Of a DNA stretch of 64,000 bases, positions 51,290-63,554 are shown piece by piece. Position 1 is the first letter of the stretch. Each line of letters starts with the position of its first letter. The stretch is taken from assembly GCF_006345805.1 (NCBI RefSeq), contig NC_043015.1, forward strand, positions 23,932,001 through 23,996,000. The letters run 5' to 3'. A model generated the notes under the pieces. It ran no database searches. It saw only the letters and a list, made by a program, of their open reading frames with translations, and was not told where the DNA came from. A program made the position numbers and the translations under genes. Source of the DNA: Octopus sinensis. Lineage: Eukaryota.

Positions 51290-52330
51290 TATACACTGAA
51301 AATGGATAAATCGAAGTAGAACATTTATATAAATAGCATTTATGAAACTGATCAGATGGAGCTGCACAGACATAAAATAGAAAATTTAAGATGAATATAA
51401 TATTGGTAATAAGATTTAGACAAATATTAAAACAAAACTGAAACTCAACTAAATGCCTAAAATAAGGCAATAAGTATAAACACAGCAGCAAGCGCAGCCA
51501 GAAATTAAAAAAAACTGGAAATAATAAATAGAAAATTAAAAGAAGATAAGATCAGAAATAGTAATAGAAGAAACGACCTGCTATATTGTAAGCTGAACAT
51601 TTCAAAATAATGTAAATAGGATAGTTCCAACACGAACGCAGTTGGAAATGGGTCTGCTACAAATGGAAATCTATTATAAAATAACTGCTTGGTATCAATA
51701 AAAATGCTTAGAAGAGAACATAAAATGCTTAAAAGAGAAATGAAGATTGATTAGCATAAGGGAACATGGAAAAAAGTTATTTTCTCTCCATATAAGCGAA
51801 AAGATACAAAACGAAATGTACGCATACTGAGAATAGTAGAATCTAAATGTATTGTGCAACAGAAAATAGAAGGTAAGACTATAAGAATATTCGTTATAAA
51901 TACTGAATAATACAAAATAAGGATTTTTTTTAAATCAAAAGAGAAGCCAAAGAAATCTGCCAAGAACACGCGCAAGTAAAGCCCATTGAAGGTGAATATC
52001 AAAAAGAGAATTGACATAGATGCGATCCAGAATCTAAACCAAGAATGACTTATAAGCTTTGAACTAAAAGAAAGGAATGAAAGCACTGAATTTTAGCTTC
52101 ACAATCTCAATGCCTGGCAATTGAGAAGTCAAAATGCAGAAGAGAAGTAAACATTAGGCTACTGTTCATCCGGACAATACAGAGAAAAAAACACTATTGA
52201 TCATCTCATGTTTAAATGCCCAGTTTACGCTAAAATGGAACACACCAGCAGCAGAGATCACATGTATAGGCGTAGTAGTTGATCAATACGTGAAGGCATT
52301 GAACAAAAATTATATGAATACAGCCGTACA
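51290..52330 (+). mobile_element. Highly degraded R4/Dong-type LINE relic
   Basis: Reads GLLQMEIYYKIT near 51650-51690 and TIDHLMFKCPV near 52200, with an upstream ILK..LNA.NK..SINT-like block. Confidence 0.55.
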
Positions 52331-52759
52331 CGAAATGTAGATGTTTATCCAAAGCTAGAATCGGGATTGGCAGTTCTATGAAAAAAGGTTTCAATCGTGA
52401 TATTTCATTCATATTTTCTTCACACGTTGTTATCGAACTGTATCCCTCCCTATATGAGGTGGTCCTGTTGCTTATTTAGCTGTTTTGTCTAGGACCCTGC
52501 AGCTGATCGTCCGCTACAGTATGCCCTTTTATTTTTTTACACCTTCATTCGCATATTCAGCTCCAACTATGCTGGGTCAGAAACTTTGTCGATCAAATTG
52601 ACTCTTGTAATTAGATTAAGACGAGTACAAATTCTATCGGTTTTCTTATTGCCGAAACGCTAGGTTGGGAGGCTAAATACAAAGGAATGCTCTTTGTCAA
52701 GAGGTGAGACATTAAGATGCGTGTATATTCATGCATATCTGTGGTATATGCATATATGT

Positions 52760-52800
<41 letters not shown>

Positions 52801-53809
52801 ATGTGGTATATATACACGTGTATATTTATGAATATCTGTGGCATATATACAAACACACAGTAATGATATTGGTCGATCAGGTCTACGGTAGAGGACGGAT
52901 GCTAATATATACCACTAAACCTGAATGCATAAGATCGTGAAACAAACTTCGTAACGAAACAGATTCGCCTACACCTTTAAATAGGATTGAACAGGGTTCG
53001 GCAAGATGCCTGCTGAGACATAAGCTTAAATATCCTGGTATTGAATAGTCTTTTCTTTATATTTTGAATCTGCAGTACGAGTTAGCAGGGTTGTTAGCAC
53101 TCTTGGCAAAATACTGAGCAACATTTTGTCCGTCTTTCAAATTCCACCGCAGTCAACTTTACCTTTCATCACATCGGGAACGATAAAATAAGTACCACTT
53201 GAACATTGGGGTCGATGTAATTGATTTATCCCCTTCTCCTTTTAAATGAATATTAGGGTACCTACGTAGGTGTACTTAAATGTAAATCAACGGATCATAC
53301 AAAATTAAGGATGAAATTCTGGGGACCGCTTCTACGTGGTATAAAGCATTTTTGCAGCGTTCTTTCCCTCCCCTCCGACCGGGGTCCTTTTTCAACATAC
53401 ATATTGTTTCTAGCAAAGATACAACAAGGCAATTTCCAAGAGAGGCAATAATCGATTATATAGTCACCTTTAATTCACTCTTTCATTATTCTATCGGCTG
53501 CAGTCATTAAGAAAGTAAAAATGTGATCCCTAACCATTCATCAGGGATATGCATCAGTGGAGGTCATACAATGGATACAAGGAAGTTGATGTGTCATGGT
53601 TTTTTTATTTGTTTTTTGTTTCAGGCATTGGATTGTCGCCATACTGGAGCATTGCTTTGATCGGCTTAGTCAAACAAATCTACGCTGCTACTTATTTTTA
53701 AGCCTGGTACATTTTCTATCGCTCTTTTTGACGAACTACTAAGTTACAGAAGCATAAATGAAAAGCACGCACACACAGACACACACACACACACTCACTC
53801 ACTCTCACA

Positions 53810-53841
<32 letters not shown>

Positions 53842-53896
53842 CATACATATATACATACATACATACATATATACATACATACATGCATACATGTTT

Positions 53897-54050
53897 GTGT
53901 GGAAGCGCGTGGCTTAGTGGTTAGAGTGTTGTTGCAATCACGAGCGTAAGATTTTGATTTCGATTCCTGGATCGAATTATGCGTTGTCTTCATCATCAAA
54001 ATACTTCATTTCACGTTGTCGGAGTCCACTCAGCTGGAAAAGATAAGTAA
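53897..54050 (+). mobile_element. tRNA-derived SINE head
   Basis: gcgtggcttagtggttagagtg (A box) followed by ttcgattcc (B box). Confidence 0.6.
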
Positions 54051-54174
54051 TCCGGCGCTGGAGCAGCATCCTATCTCAGAAGGAATACATATAAACCCCA
54101 GAACTCAGGAAATTGCTATTCTATGACTATATATATATATAATTTCTATATTATATATAATTTCTATATTATAT

Positions 54175-54998
54175 ATTAAGGCTACTATTGATTTCAGGTT
54201 AAGAAGAGTTGGAAAATATCCTAGTATCATAACAAATTTTCAAGACCATCACATGGAGAAAGGTGTTCGACTCCATTTTGGAAAAGTCTCGTTTCCTTCA
54301 CGGGACTTCAAGTAGATTCGCGTAAATTTATCAAGGGGTGCTATTGTAGAAGGTAGAATAAACAACTTCCAGATAGAATGGAAAATTATTGCTAAAGCTA
54401 AAGAATACAGAGGGCGGGGTTCAAAATGTGAAATCTGTATTACTAAAAAATTAGATATACAATCAACACATATCTTAAACGTTAGGGAGGAAATCTTCTC
54501 TCCTTTCATATATAAACAATATTTTACCCTCAACTATTTTAAAGAAGGCCTCCTATAAACGTGAGAAACTATAAACGAGTGCAACCCTACCAGGATAGAC
54601 CCTTCATAAACATGAACACACACAGCTCACAAACTTCACACTGCAAAGAAGAAAAATGCCTTATATCACAAGGAAGATATAAGTCGTAATGACGTACAAC
54701 CTCAACGTACAAATACAAAAACATCATGTCCAGAACAAAAAGAAACAAATAATGCAAAACAGTAAAACATTTACCGAAAAGACAAATCCAAGGGAGACAA
54801 AATCAAAAAGTGCCTTCTAGCTTGATTCCTTTATTCATTGTTTCATTTAGTAAATTTTCGAGAAATCCCGCAAACGAAACGAGACTGTTTTCCAAAATGG
54901 AAGCGAACACTTTTCTCCATGTAATGGTCTTGAAAATTTGTTAAGATACTTGGATATTTTTCTACTTTTCTTAATATGAAAATATTGGTAGCCTTAAT
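54175..54998 (+). mobile_element. Penelope-like element: GIY-YIG C-terminus between ~135-bp inverted arms with decayed HHR remnants
   Basis: The plus strand at 54360-54558 reads FQIEWKIIAKAKEY...KCEICITKKL...LNVREEIFS. Arms ~54175-54307 and ~54864-54998 are reverse complements at about 80%. Confidence 0.75.
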
Positions 54999-55708
54999 TC
55001 ACAAATAAAGAAATTATATATCCACTAATGTGTTGTTGAGCACTCATTTCATTATTCTATATTTACCTGTTTGTGTGTGTGAGTGTGTGGTGTATGAGTG
55101 TGTGTGCATAGCTGCTTTCCTTGCATATTGCGTAATGCAAAGTCACTCACAAACCATTGGTCGGCCCGGGTATAAAGTAGAATATATTCACCCAAGGTAT
55201 AGCGGAGTGTGTCTGAAACCATGTGGTTGCACATCGATGCCTATAAAGAAGGGCGATGAACCAACAAAGAGTCAAACCGTAACATGCAGTTAGGCATGCA
55301 ATTACGGTGACCATTACACCAGCGATTGTCAAAGGGTTGAAAAAAAAAGCATTTGTTTTAAAATGAAAAACACTAAAGACACGGAAATTTACAAGTCTGT
55401 ACGTTGTTTACCATCCAACTACAGCACCATATATTTCTAATATGTAAGACGTTAGTTGCTTAGCACGTAAACTATATATTACCAGAGGAACAGAATGGTT
55501 CCTGGAAAAGGGTGTAGAATTGTAAAGAACAGCTTTTAGTTAATCGAGCAATTACGGCTGACAGCGAAAACAGAGAAGAAAATAGATTAAGATTTTATGG
55601 AATGATTGCTGAAAAGCATTTGTGCGTATACCACGTTCTCGGATGTTTGGATAAAGAATGGTTAATGTAGCGTATATATAATATACGAGAATTTGAATAG
55701 CTTTATAT

Positions 55709-55744
<36 letters not shown>

Positions 55745-56077
55745 TTATATTCATATATATAAATACACATATATATAGATATGTGCATATATATATATAT
55801 ATATAAAAATTTAGCAATTAAGGACAACTACTTAATAAGGAAAACTTAACAAGAAATTGTCAGGTAGATAGCGTAAAAACCTCATAAGAGAAAAAATTTC
55901 GAAAATAATTATTTCTTATTGAACATATTAATTTATATATAGAGGGCATTATACATACATGCCAGAAGGCATTATACATACATGCCAAACGCTAAGAGGG
56001 ACAATCAGTCATTTCTACCAAAAATATTACTAATCCCACCGAATGCAATTTTTCAAAGTAAGACATTTAAAAATATA

Positions 56078-56123
56078 GACCTGTATCACAGTGATTTCAT
56101 ACTTACGTAATCATCAGCAGGCC
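56078..56123 (-). ncRNA. Type I hammerhead ribozyme motif (left arm)
   Basis: Exact mirror of 56274-56319. Confidence 0.75.
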
Positions 56124-56273
56124 TGAATGTATTATAAATAAACAACGACCCTGCCCCGCTTAAGCCGATCAGCTAACTGATCAACATCAACGAAGCACAT
56201 GGGTGAGTTTACATATATTACATCCAGGTAAATGGCAAACTTTTACGAATTGCATTTATTTATAATACATTCA

Positions 56274-56319
56274 GGCCTGCTGATGATTACGTAAGTATGA
56301 AATCACTGTGATACAGGTC
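56274..56319 (+). ncRNA. Type I hammerhead ribozyme motif (right arm)
   Basis: Stem I is GGCCTG/CAGGTC and the core is CTGATGA (56280-86). Stem II is TAC-GTAA-GTA with a U-U pair at 10.1/11.1, followed by GAAA (56299-302). Stem III is ATCAC-T-GTGAT and the cleavage triplet is ATA (56311-13). Confidence 0.75.
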
Positions 56320-56474
56320 TATATTTTTAAATGTCTTACTTTGAAAAATTGCATTCGGTGGGATTAGTAATATTTTTGGTAGAAATGACTGATTGTCCCT
56401 CTTAGCGTTTGGCATGTATGTATAATGCCTTCTGGCATGTATGTATAATGCCCTCTATATATAAATTTATATAT

Positions 56475-56525
<51 letters not shown>

Positions 56526-56689
56526 ACATATACCTATACACACACGTAGACATATATATATATATATAGTAAATGAAAATAGATCCTGGAATCCAGCTCT
56601 CCTGCAAATACTGGGAAACAGAATGTAAAGAGAGGAACAATGTTCTTGTAGCTGTGTGTGGTTCACACACACTGAAACTCTATAATAGG

Positions 56690-56860
56690 TATAAAGCAGG
56701 AAATTTTGTGGGTGGATGCTAGCCGACTACATCGAGCCAATGCACAACTGGTACTGAATCTATCGATCTTGAAAGAATTAAAAGCAATGTCAACTTCGGC
56801 GAAATTTGAACTCAGAACGTAAAGCCGGAGTAAATGCCAATGAGCTTTTTGTCCGCTGTT
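56690..56860 (+). mobile_element. SINE fragment (family recurring at ~8330, 9100, 11650, 47560 and 53080)
   Basis: Shared block actggtact...atcga....gaaag.at.aaag.caa.gtc.ac.tcggc..aatttgaactcagaac. Confidence 0.6.
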
Positions 56861-56936
56861 GTAAACGATTCTTCCAGCTCACGACTTATCGCGAAGAATA
56901 AAAATTCTAGCGAGGAATGGACGGATATGCTATATT

Positions 56937-58203
56937 TAGGAGGTGGTATCAAACATTTCCCTGACTAGTTCAGTAGCACACAGTAGTTTGCAGCACACAG
57001 TTGCGTGCACAGTAGACGTCAACAGTGACATTCATGAAGCAGTGTGCTGAGTGACATTGCTGGGACATTTACTACGCGAGTTGTGTAACTTGTGCTTTTG
57101 TGATCACGTGTATCTTGTAGTCTGCGATTTTACCAATGGACAGGAAGTTGGAACAAAGAGCCAACGTGAAAATTTGGGGGGATCTGTTACAGAGACATTG
57201 AGCATGCTTCGGCAAGCTTACGGCGAGGAGGCAATTGGTCGTATGCAACGCTTCAACTGGCACCGACGCTTCTAAAATAGACGAATGTCCCTGGAAGCCG
57301 ATAAGCGATCTGGAAGGCCTACCACGAGCGTCACAACCGGAAATATGGAGAAAATGCATCAGCTTGTGCATGATTATCGTCAGAGGACAATCAACGACTT
57401 TGCTGATGTTGTTTCCCTGTTGTATGGACCCGTGCAGGGGACCCTAATGTCTGAATTGAACATGTGGCGTATCTCTGCCAAGTATGTCCCCCGCCTTCTG
57501 ACTATTGAGCAGAACATCACATCGAAGTCTGTTAAGTTCCCCGTCACCATGCAGCTGATGACCCACCCTTTATGTTGCGGAGGATCATAGGCGACGAGAT
57601 AGGGTCTAAGAATACGAGCATGAGACAAAGCAGCAATCGTCACAATGGAAAAAACCTTCACCCTCCTCGACCGAAGACACGACAGAGCCACAGCTTAAAC
57701 AACAGCATGTTCATCCACAGTATTGTGCATCAAGAGATCGAGTTATAGGGCCAGACCTTCAATGGAGAGTTCTATGGTGACGTATTGAGGCATTTGAAGG
57801 ATGACATTAGGTGAAAGTGACCGGATCTGAGTAGCTTGAAGAATTAGATTGTTTCACGACGACAATATACTCTGTTACCGAGCACCCATCACATGCGAAT
57901 TTCTCACGAAAACAACATGGTTTCACTTTAGTATCTGCCCTATTCGCCAGGTTTAACCATTGCGAACTTTCATCTCTTCTCCGAGATGTAAAGGCAGCTC
58001 AAAGATCGCCGTTGTCAAGATCCAGAGCGAATCGCTTACGGAAAACGATTTCTAGGCTGAATTCCAAAAGTGGCAGGAAAGCCGGGACCGTTGTATTGCT
58101 TTGTAAGGTGACAATTTTGAAGGAGATAATGTTAAACCTTAAGTAAATAAATAATATTTTATTGAACACAACTAATCCGGTAACCTTTTGGCACCACTTT
58201 GTA
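56937..58203 (+). mobile_element. Full-length defective mariner (Tc1/mariner) transposon
   Basis: About 1.27 kb with TA at both ends and ~33-bp degenerate TIRs (about 22/33 matching). Transposase relic: EQRANVK, RSGRP, SAKYVPRLLT (WVPxxL motif), ETKQQSSQWK, and PYSPGLTIANFHLF (YSPDLAPxD motif). It carries multiple stops and frameshifts. Confidence 0.88.
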
Positions 58204-60249
58204 TGGCCAAAACTAACGTCATACATATGTTGCTTTATCTATGCAACGTCAAAATGAAAACATCCACAAAAAGGATATTTGACTAAATGATTCCAGCATG
58301 GAAGGACATTTTCCACGTTTGTTGGAAGAGGTTCAGTCGATGGCATCGATACCACTACTCAAAACGTACCTTATTTATTCAACCTGGGACGGATGAAAGT
58401 CAAAATGAATTTTGGCGGGAAAAGGAACTCGGAATGTAAGCGGTTGGGACCAGGAAATAAAAAATAATACGCCTCACATAATTTTCTATGGCAAACATAT
58501 TAATAGCGTAGTAATTAATGATCTCCACAGTAATACAAAGTCGATGTAAAGAGGATAATATTGTACAGAAAGGAACTAAACCTCTAAGCAAATACACCAT
58601 CTTAACTGTTGAATGCAAAAGGAATGGTAAATTAATCTATTTTCAATATATTCTCTCTCTCTCTCTCTTTCTCTACCTCACATACACACATATATATACA
58701 TTTCTGTCTCATTGTATGTATGTATGCATGTATCTCTCTCTCCTCCTACATATATACATGTGTACACACGTTAAGCATATCTTCAAAAACATGTACGTAT
58801 AATTCCGATTAATTCATGTTTCAACATAGGAAACACTTGAAGTCAATAATAATAGCAACAACAACAACAACAACTAATACTACTACAGCAACAACTATAA
58901 AAACAACAAGAATTATAATACCTGCAATAATAATATGATAGTAATAATAATTAATTTTGCATCTCTGATATATATATATTGCCCATCGACTTTGTTAAAA
59001 TTGTTGTTTTTACGGCAGTTATCTTTGTTATGTCACTGAGCTTGTATGTTTATGTTGTAGGTGGCGCTGCGGCTCTCGCAACATCATCGCCAAGCAATGC
59101 TTCGTCATGCGTGCAATGAATTTAATTAAAACTAGCGTATAATCAGTGTTGTATATTATAGGAGAAATTAAGAACAAATAAGAAAATAAATCTACAACAC
59201 GATACCAGACCCAACATCACTAATTCCCCTTCTGTCTCTAGTACAACTCACCCATTACTAATCTACCCCATTATCTCATAAAAGATCCACCCACACATTC
59301 GTTACTAAGGTCCTCACCAACTACGTCACAACCCACCCGTTATTAATTTCCCTATTTGATCTTCAGATGAGGTTTTGATTTTACTCTGCTTGTTATCCGC
59401 CTCTTCCACTATCTCTTTTGTTTATATTCCCTCGTCTGCTTCCTCATTCACTTGTTCTCCGCTTTCTCCCTCTCTATATTCCGAACATTCTACCTTTTGC
59501 TCATATCCTAGATATATAATCAGAACAAAAGAATTGATGAATATATAAATAAAGAAAAATCATGAATGTATGTAGGCATCATACGAATATGAATGTGTAT
59601 AAAGTCTTATACAAGTCTATTATTTTGAAAGTCCGAAAGGCTGTACTGTAGTATAGTCAACTGCTATAAAACAGTGTTGTAACATGTCTCTGGTAAAATA
59701 TATGATTCAGTATCAAAGCATGGAAGCAGCAATTACTGAAAAACGCATAACAGAGGGCGGGACAATTTACGACTATTCAGGTACACCTTTGTTACGAAAG
59801 CATTGCAACCAGGTAAACCTTACAGTAATATGTAGTCACGTATTGCGAAACGCATTTTGTCATTGATTTCCTGGATCTATGGCTCTATTTCACTGTTGTA
59901 ACATCAAAGTCATTCTCAAATAAGCTTCTCATTACGGACCTCACGTTACGACAAAAGACAGCAACTCATCCATCACTCACAGGTTATTTTAATGTATTTA
60001 CTTTGGGATGTGTACACCACATTATTTTTCAACATATACGAATATATACTAATATATGTAATTTATTCGGCACTGCCCTTCAATTCCCGCAAGATGAGCA
60101 AATATTATAATTCGATACAATAGTGAACATAACAAAACGGAAAATTAACAACAAACACTCTTGAGAAGGTGATAACGATTAAAACTGAATGTGTAGCATG
60201 AGGGTGAACCTCATGTATACAGATGGAAGTCATATAAATGCATACATAA

Positions 60250-61306
60250 ACTCAGATAAACTTAGATAGGTTTCGACCAAAGATTGATCCAGGCCATGTC
60301 TAAGTTAATAGCACAACCTGATAGTATTATCTAAATCCTGTTTAAGTCAAGTTTTGTTTATGGTTCATTCAAGTAGTGAGTTCTTGTTGGGTAAGTTGTA
60401 TCCAATTATGGGTGGCTTATCCGGTATTCCTTGAAGAAATCTATCCAGACTCCGTTTAAAGTTGATGGGATCCTTTTCCTCTTTGATCTCTTTCGGGACA
60501 ATGTTGAAGAGGGCAGGGCCTGTTGAAGAAAAGAAATTATGTTGCAGTGTACCTATATGCTGTGATCCTGAATTGGGCAGGGGACGTATGGCCCGTGGTC
60601 TCAGCATTGGATGGACCTTGAAACTAATGTTCAGGTCGTTTGGTCAAAGTTGGCAGTATATCCTCCACATCGTACAAATGATGTACCGCTCGCGGCGGCG
60701 CTGGAGAGAGTAGAGTTTCAAGGCTTTCAGGCGGTCCCAATAATCGAGAGCAGTCATTCCTTCAATTCGTTTAGTGAGTGCCATCTGGGGTGATTCAATC
60801 CTCGAGATGTTTTATCTTGTATTAGGAGACCACAGTGGGCAGCAGTATTCGAGGTGTGGCCGTACAGAGGAGGGGAAAAGTGGTATGATGACACCTTGTT
60901 CTCTGGACCGGAAGGTTCTTAAGATCCAGGAACTCATCCTACGGGCAATATCGACCTTATTGTTGATGTGGGCACTCCAACTGAGATTGTCATCAACAAT
61001 TACGCCCAGGTCCCTGATATTGTTAGAGGTTGTGAGCGGTTCCCCTGAAGGAAGAGAGTATGGCTGTTTTAGTGAGGAATTTCTTCCAAAATGTATCAGC
61101 TCAAATTTTCCCTCGTTCATTTGCATTTTGTTTTTGTCTGCCCATTGACTCACAGCATATAGGTCAGACTGGAGTTGAGTTCGGTTTGCTTCTTCATTGA
61201 TGATTTGCTGGAGCTTAGTGTCATCAGCAAATATTTTCACTTTGCAGTGATGTACGACACTGGAAATGTCGTTTATGTAAATTATAAAGAGGAGCGGGCC
61301 CAAGAC
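60250..61306 (-). mobile_element. CR1/L2-type LINE, 5'-truncated (RT from the QG box to the C-terminus and 3' UTR)
   Basis: Reads VLGPLLFIIYIND, FADDTK, LQSDL..V.QW, RDLGV, VRPHLEYCCPLWSP, LYSLQRRRER and FKRSLDRFL. The 5' truncation is fused to a microsatellite. Confidence 0.9.
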
Positions 61307-61355
61307 ATACATATGTATGTGTGTATGTGTGTATGTATATGTATATATGTGAGTG

Positions 61356-61409
<54 letters not shown>

Positions 61410-61611
61410 ATATGTTCAGACACACAAATTTACGCACATGTAAGTCTACGTGTGCGTGAGTATGAGTGAACATGTGTGTGTGTGTGTGTGTACATCATAT
61501 TAAACAAAAATTTGGAACAAGAATGTTTATTAGATTACAAAAAGTAATCAGAGGAAAAATTAAATATAATGAAAATATTTAATTTCTTTGAAATATGAAA
61601 ATTCCCATGCA

Positions 61612-61655
<44 letters not shown>

Positions 61656-61866
61656 TATGTGAAATAGAAAGATGAATAATCTTGTAGTAGATTAATCAAA
61701 AGTTTAACCGATACCTTAGTAGCAAAAATCACAGCAGTGAACAGCACGGTTGGAGGTACAACCATCTGGCGTTGCAACCGTGCGTTGGTGCGGATAATTG
61801 AAATTAAAACATTATTGGTGAATTGAAGAAATGGAGCTGAACGCAGATTGAACAGAAATCGTTTTA

Positions 61867-61955
61867 TTTCATTCTACACGTGTTTCGAAAGGCACAAATT
61901 ACCAAAATCCGATTGAATAATGGGACCATATTGTGTCTTTCTCTTCAGGAAGAAA
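61867..61955 (-). ncRNA. Type I hammerhead ribozyme motif (left arm, sense to the ORF)
   Basis: Mirror of 63413-63501. Confidence 0.8.
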
Positions 61956-62564
61956 AAAGGAAATCCGTTGGAAAAACAAAAACAGAACAGAGGCAGAGCA
62001 AAAAACAAATCGAACTGTGCACCTAAGAGCCCATGGCGAAACTGTTTATCAGTGTATGTTGAGAACCGGTGGCTGAAGAATTCAACAGGTCAGGCATCGG
62101 TCAATCATGTGGGTGAGGGTGTATAGATGTTCTTTGTGACCGAGAATAAAGTTCTGACTATTTAAAGAATATTGGATGTTTTATAAGGGGCGAGAAAAAA
62201 TCTACTTAGAGACGTGTGTGTGTGTATACTGTTCTATATATGTGTGTGTTGGCGTAGGGGTAGAAAACATTTTTTGTGTACGTGTGTGCGTTTGATCGTT
62301 CGGCTGTCAGTGGCTACTGCCGTGATAACCGTTGGGTGGCAGAAAGAAAAAAAATAAAGAAATTATATATATATATTATGTTTTATGTGTGTGTGTGTGT
62401 GTTCATCTAAGCCTGCCTTGACAAGGAAACCCCCCGCTGTGAAAAAACAAGCCCCGTTTGTCTTACAGGAGTAATTTCCCTTGCAGTGGTTAATTGTAGA
62501 TATCTTAAAATCTATTTCAGAATTTGTTACCAAGGGCTATGGGTGCCGGTCTTATTTATAAACG

Positions 62565-62983
62565 CTATTTAAAGGCCAGATAAGTGTAACGCCGCCAATG
62601 GGGGCATCGAAAAGCCGACTGTAAGAGCCCGTTTACCATCCGGCCTCTGGCAAACAAAATATGGAAGAGTTCGGAGACACAAAGGTTGCACTGTCTTCTG
62701 CCCCTATCAAATGGGAGGGCCACCGACAAAATTGACCATTCCAGCCTATAGCTTAAGTTCGCATCCTTCAGTCTCCATATTAGCTTACTGAGTCCCGTGG
62801 TCTGGCGCTTGTTCACGTCCCGAAAAGTTGCGTAATGGTTGGAGACACGCAAAGACAATCTTGAGGATGATGCCCCTATATAAGTGAAGGCATCTGAGTC
62901 CGTGTAAACCTTGCATTGGTAGACGGCGTTTTTGATCTTGGAGTTCGCCGACGTGAATCTTACTCTGCTAGGATTGGTTTCTG
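62565..62983 (-). CDS. GIY-YIG endonuclease domain of a Penelope-like element (5'-truncated; the first ~36 aa of the tracked ORF come from the inverted arm)
   Basis: Reads AVYQCKV...TYIGASS...RVSNHYATF...LSKLIW.LK...WSIL..A.PF...CNLCVSE, with no internal stop. Confidence 0.8.
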
Positions 62984-63412
62984 AAAACATAATATATATA
63001 TATAATTTCTTTATTTTTTTTCTTTCTGCCACCCAACGGTTATCACGGCAGTAGCCACTGACAGCCGAACGATCAAACGCACACGCGTACACAAAAAATG
63101 TTTTCTACCCCTACGCCAACACACACATATATAGAACAGTATACACACACACACGTCTCTAAGTAGATTTTTTCTCGCCCCTTATAAAACATCCAATATT
63201 CTTTAAATAGTCAGAACTTTATTCTCGGTCACAAAGAACATCTATACACCCTCACCCACATGATTGACCGATGCCTGACCTGTTGAATTCTTCAGCCACC
63301 GGTTCTCAACATACACTGATAAACAGTTTCGCCATGGGCTCTTAGGAGCACAGTTCGATTTGTTTTTTGCTCTGCCTCTGTTCTGTTTTTGTTTTTCCAA
63401 CGGATTTCCTTT

Positions 63413-63501
63413 TTTCTTCCTGAAGAGAAAGACACAATATGGTCCCATTATTCAATCGGATTTTGGTAATTTGTGCCTTTCGAAACACGTGTAGAATGAA
63501 A
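63413..63501 (+). ncRNA. Type I hammerhead ribozyme motif (right arm)
   Basis: Stem I is 3 bp + bulge + 4 bp and the core is CTGAAGA (63420-26). Stem II is GAAAGACACAA/TTGTGCCTTTC (11 bp, one mismatch), followed by GAAA (63482-85). Stem III is the palindrome ACACGTGT and the cleavage triplet is GTA (63491-93). Confidence 0.8.
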
Positions 63502-63554
63502 TAAAACGATTTCTGTTCAATCTGCGTTCAGCTCCATTTCTTCAATTCACCAAT

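Larger units (their letters stand above)
55930..56467. repeat. 538-bp palindrome: 213-bp arms around a 112-bp spacer, each arm carrying a hammerhead ribozyme; probable non-autonomous Penelope derivative
   Basis: 55930-56142 is the reverse complement of 56255-56467 with no mismatch found by eye. No ORF of any length is present. Confidence 0.92.

Noticed and set aside
59340-59500. CAGATGAGG...CCGAACA and a minus-strand CTGAAGA...GAAA near 59345-59370
   Set aside because: Core bases are altered or stem I fails to pair, so neither is a supportable ribozyme.
59684-59866. 60-aa ORF or possible exon (YQSMEAAITEKRITEGGTIYDYSG)
   Set aside because: Poor polypyrimidine tract, no recognisable domain and no supporting exons.
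61920-62126. Identical 68-aa ORFs at 61920-62126 (+) and 63242-63448 (-)
   Set aside because: Their identity is explained by the inverted arms. They run antisense to the ribozyme and have no recognisable motif.
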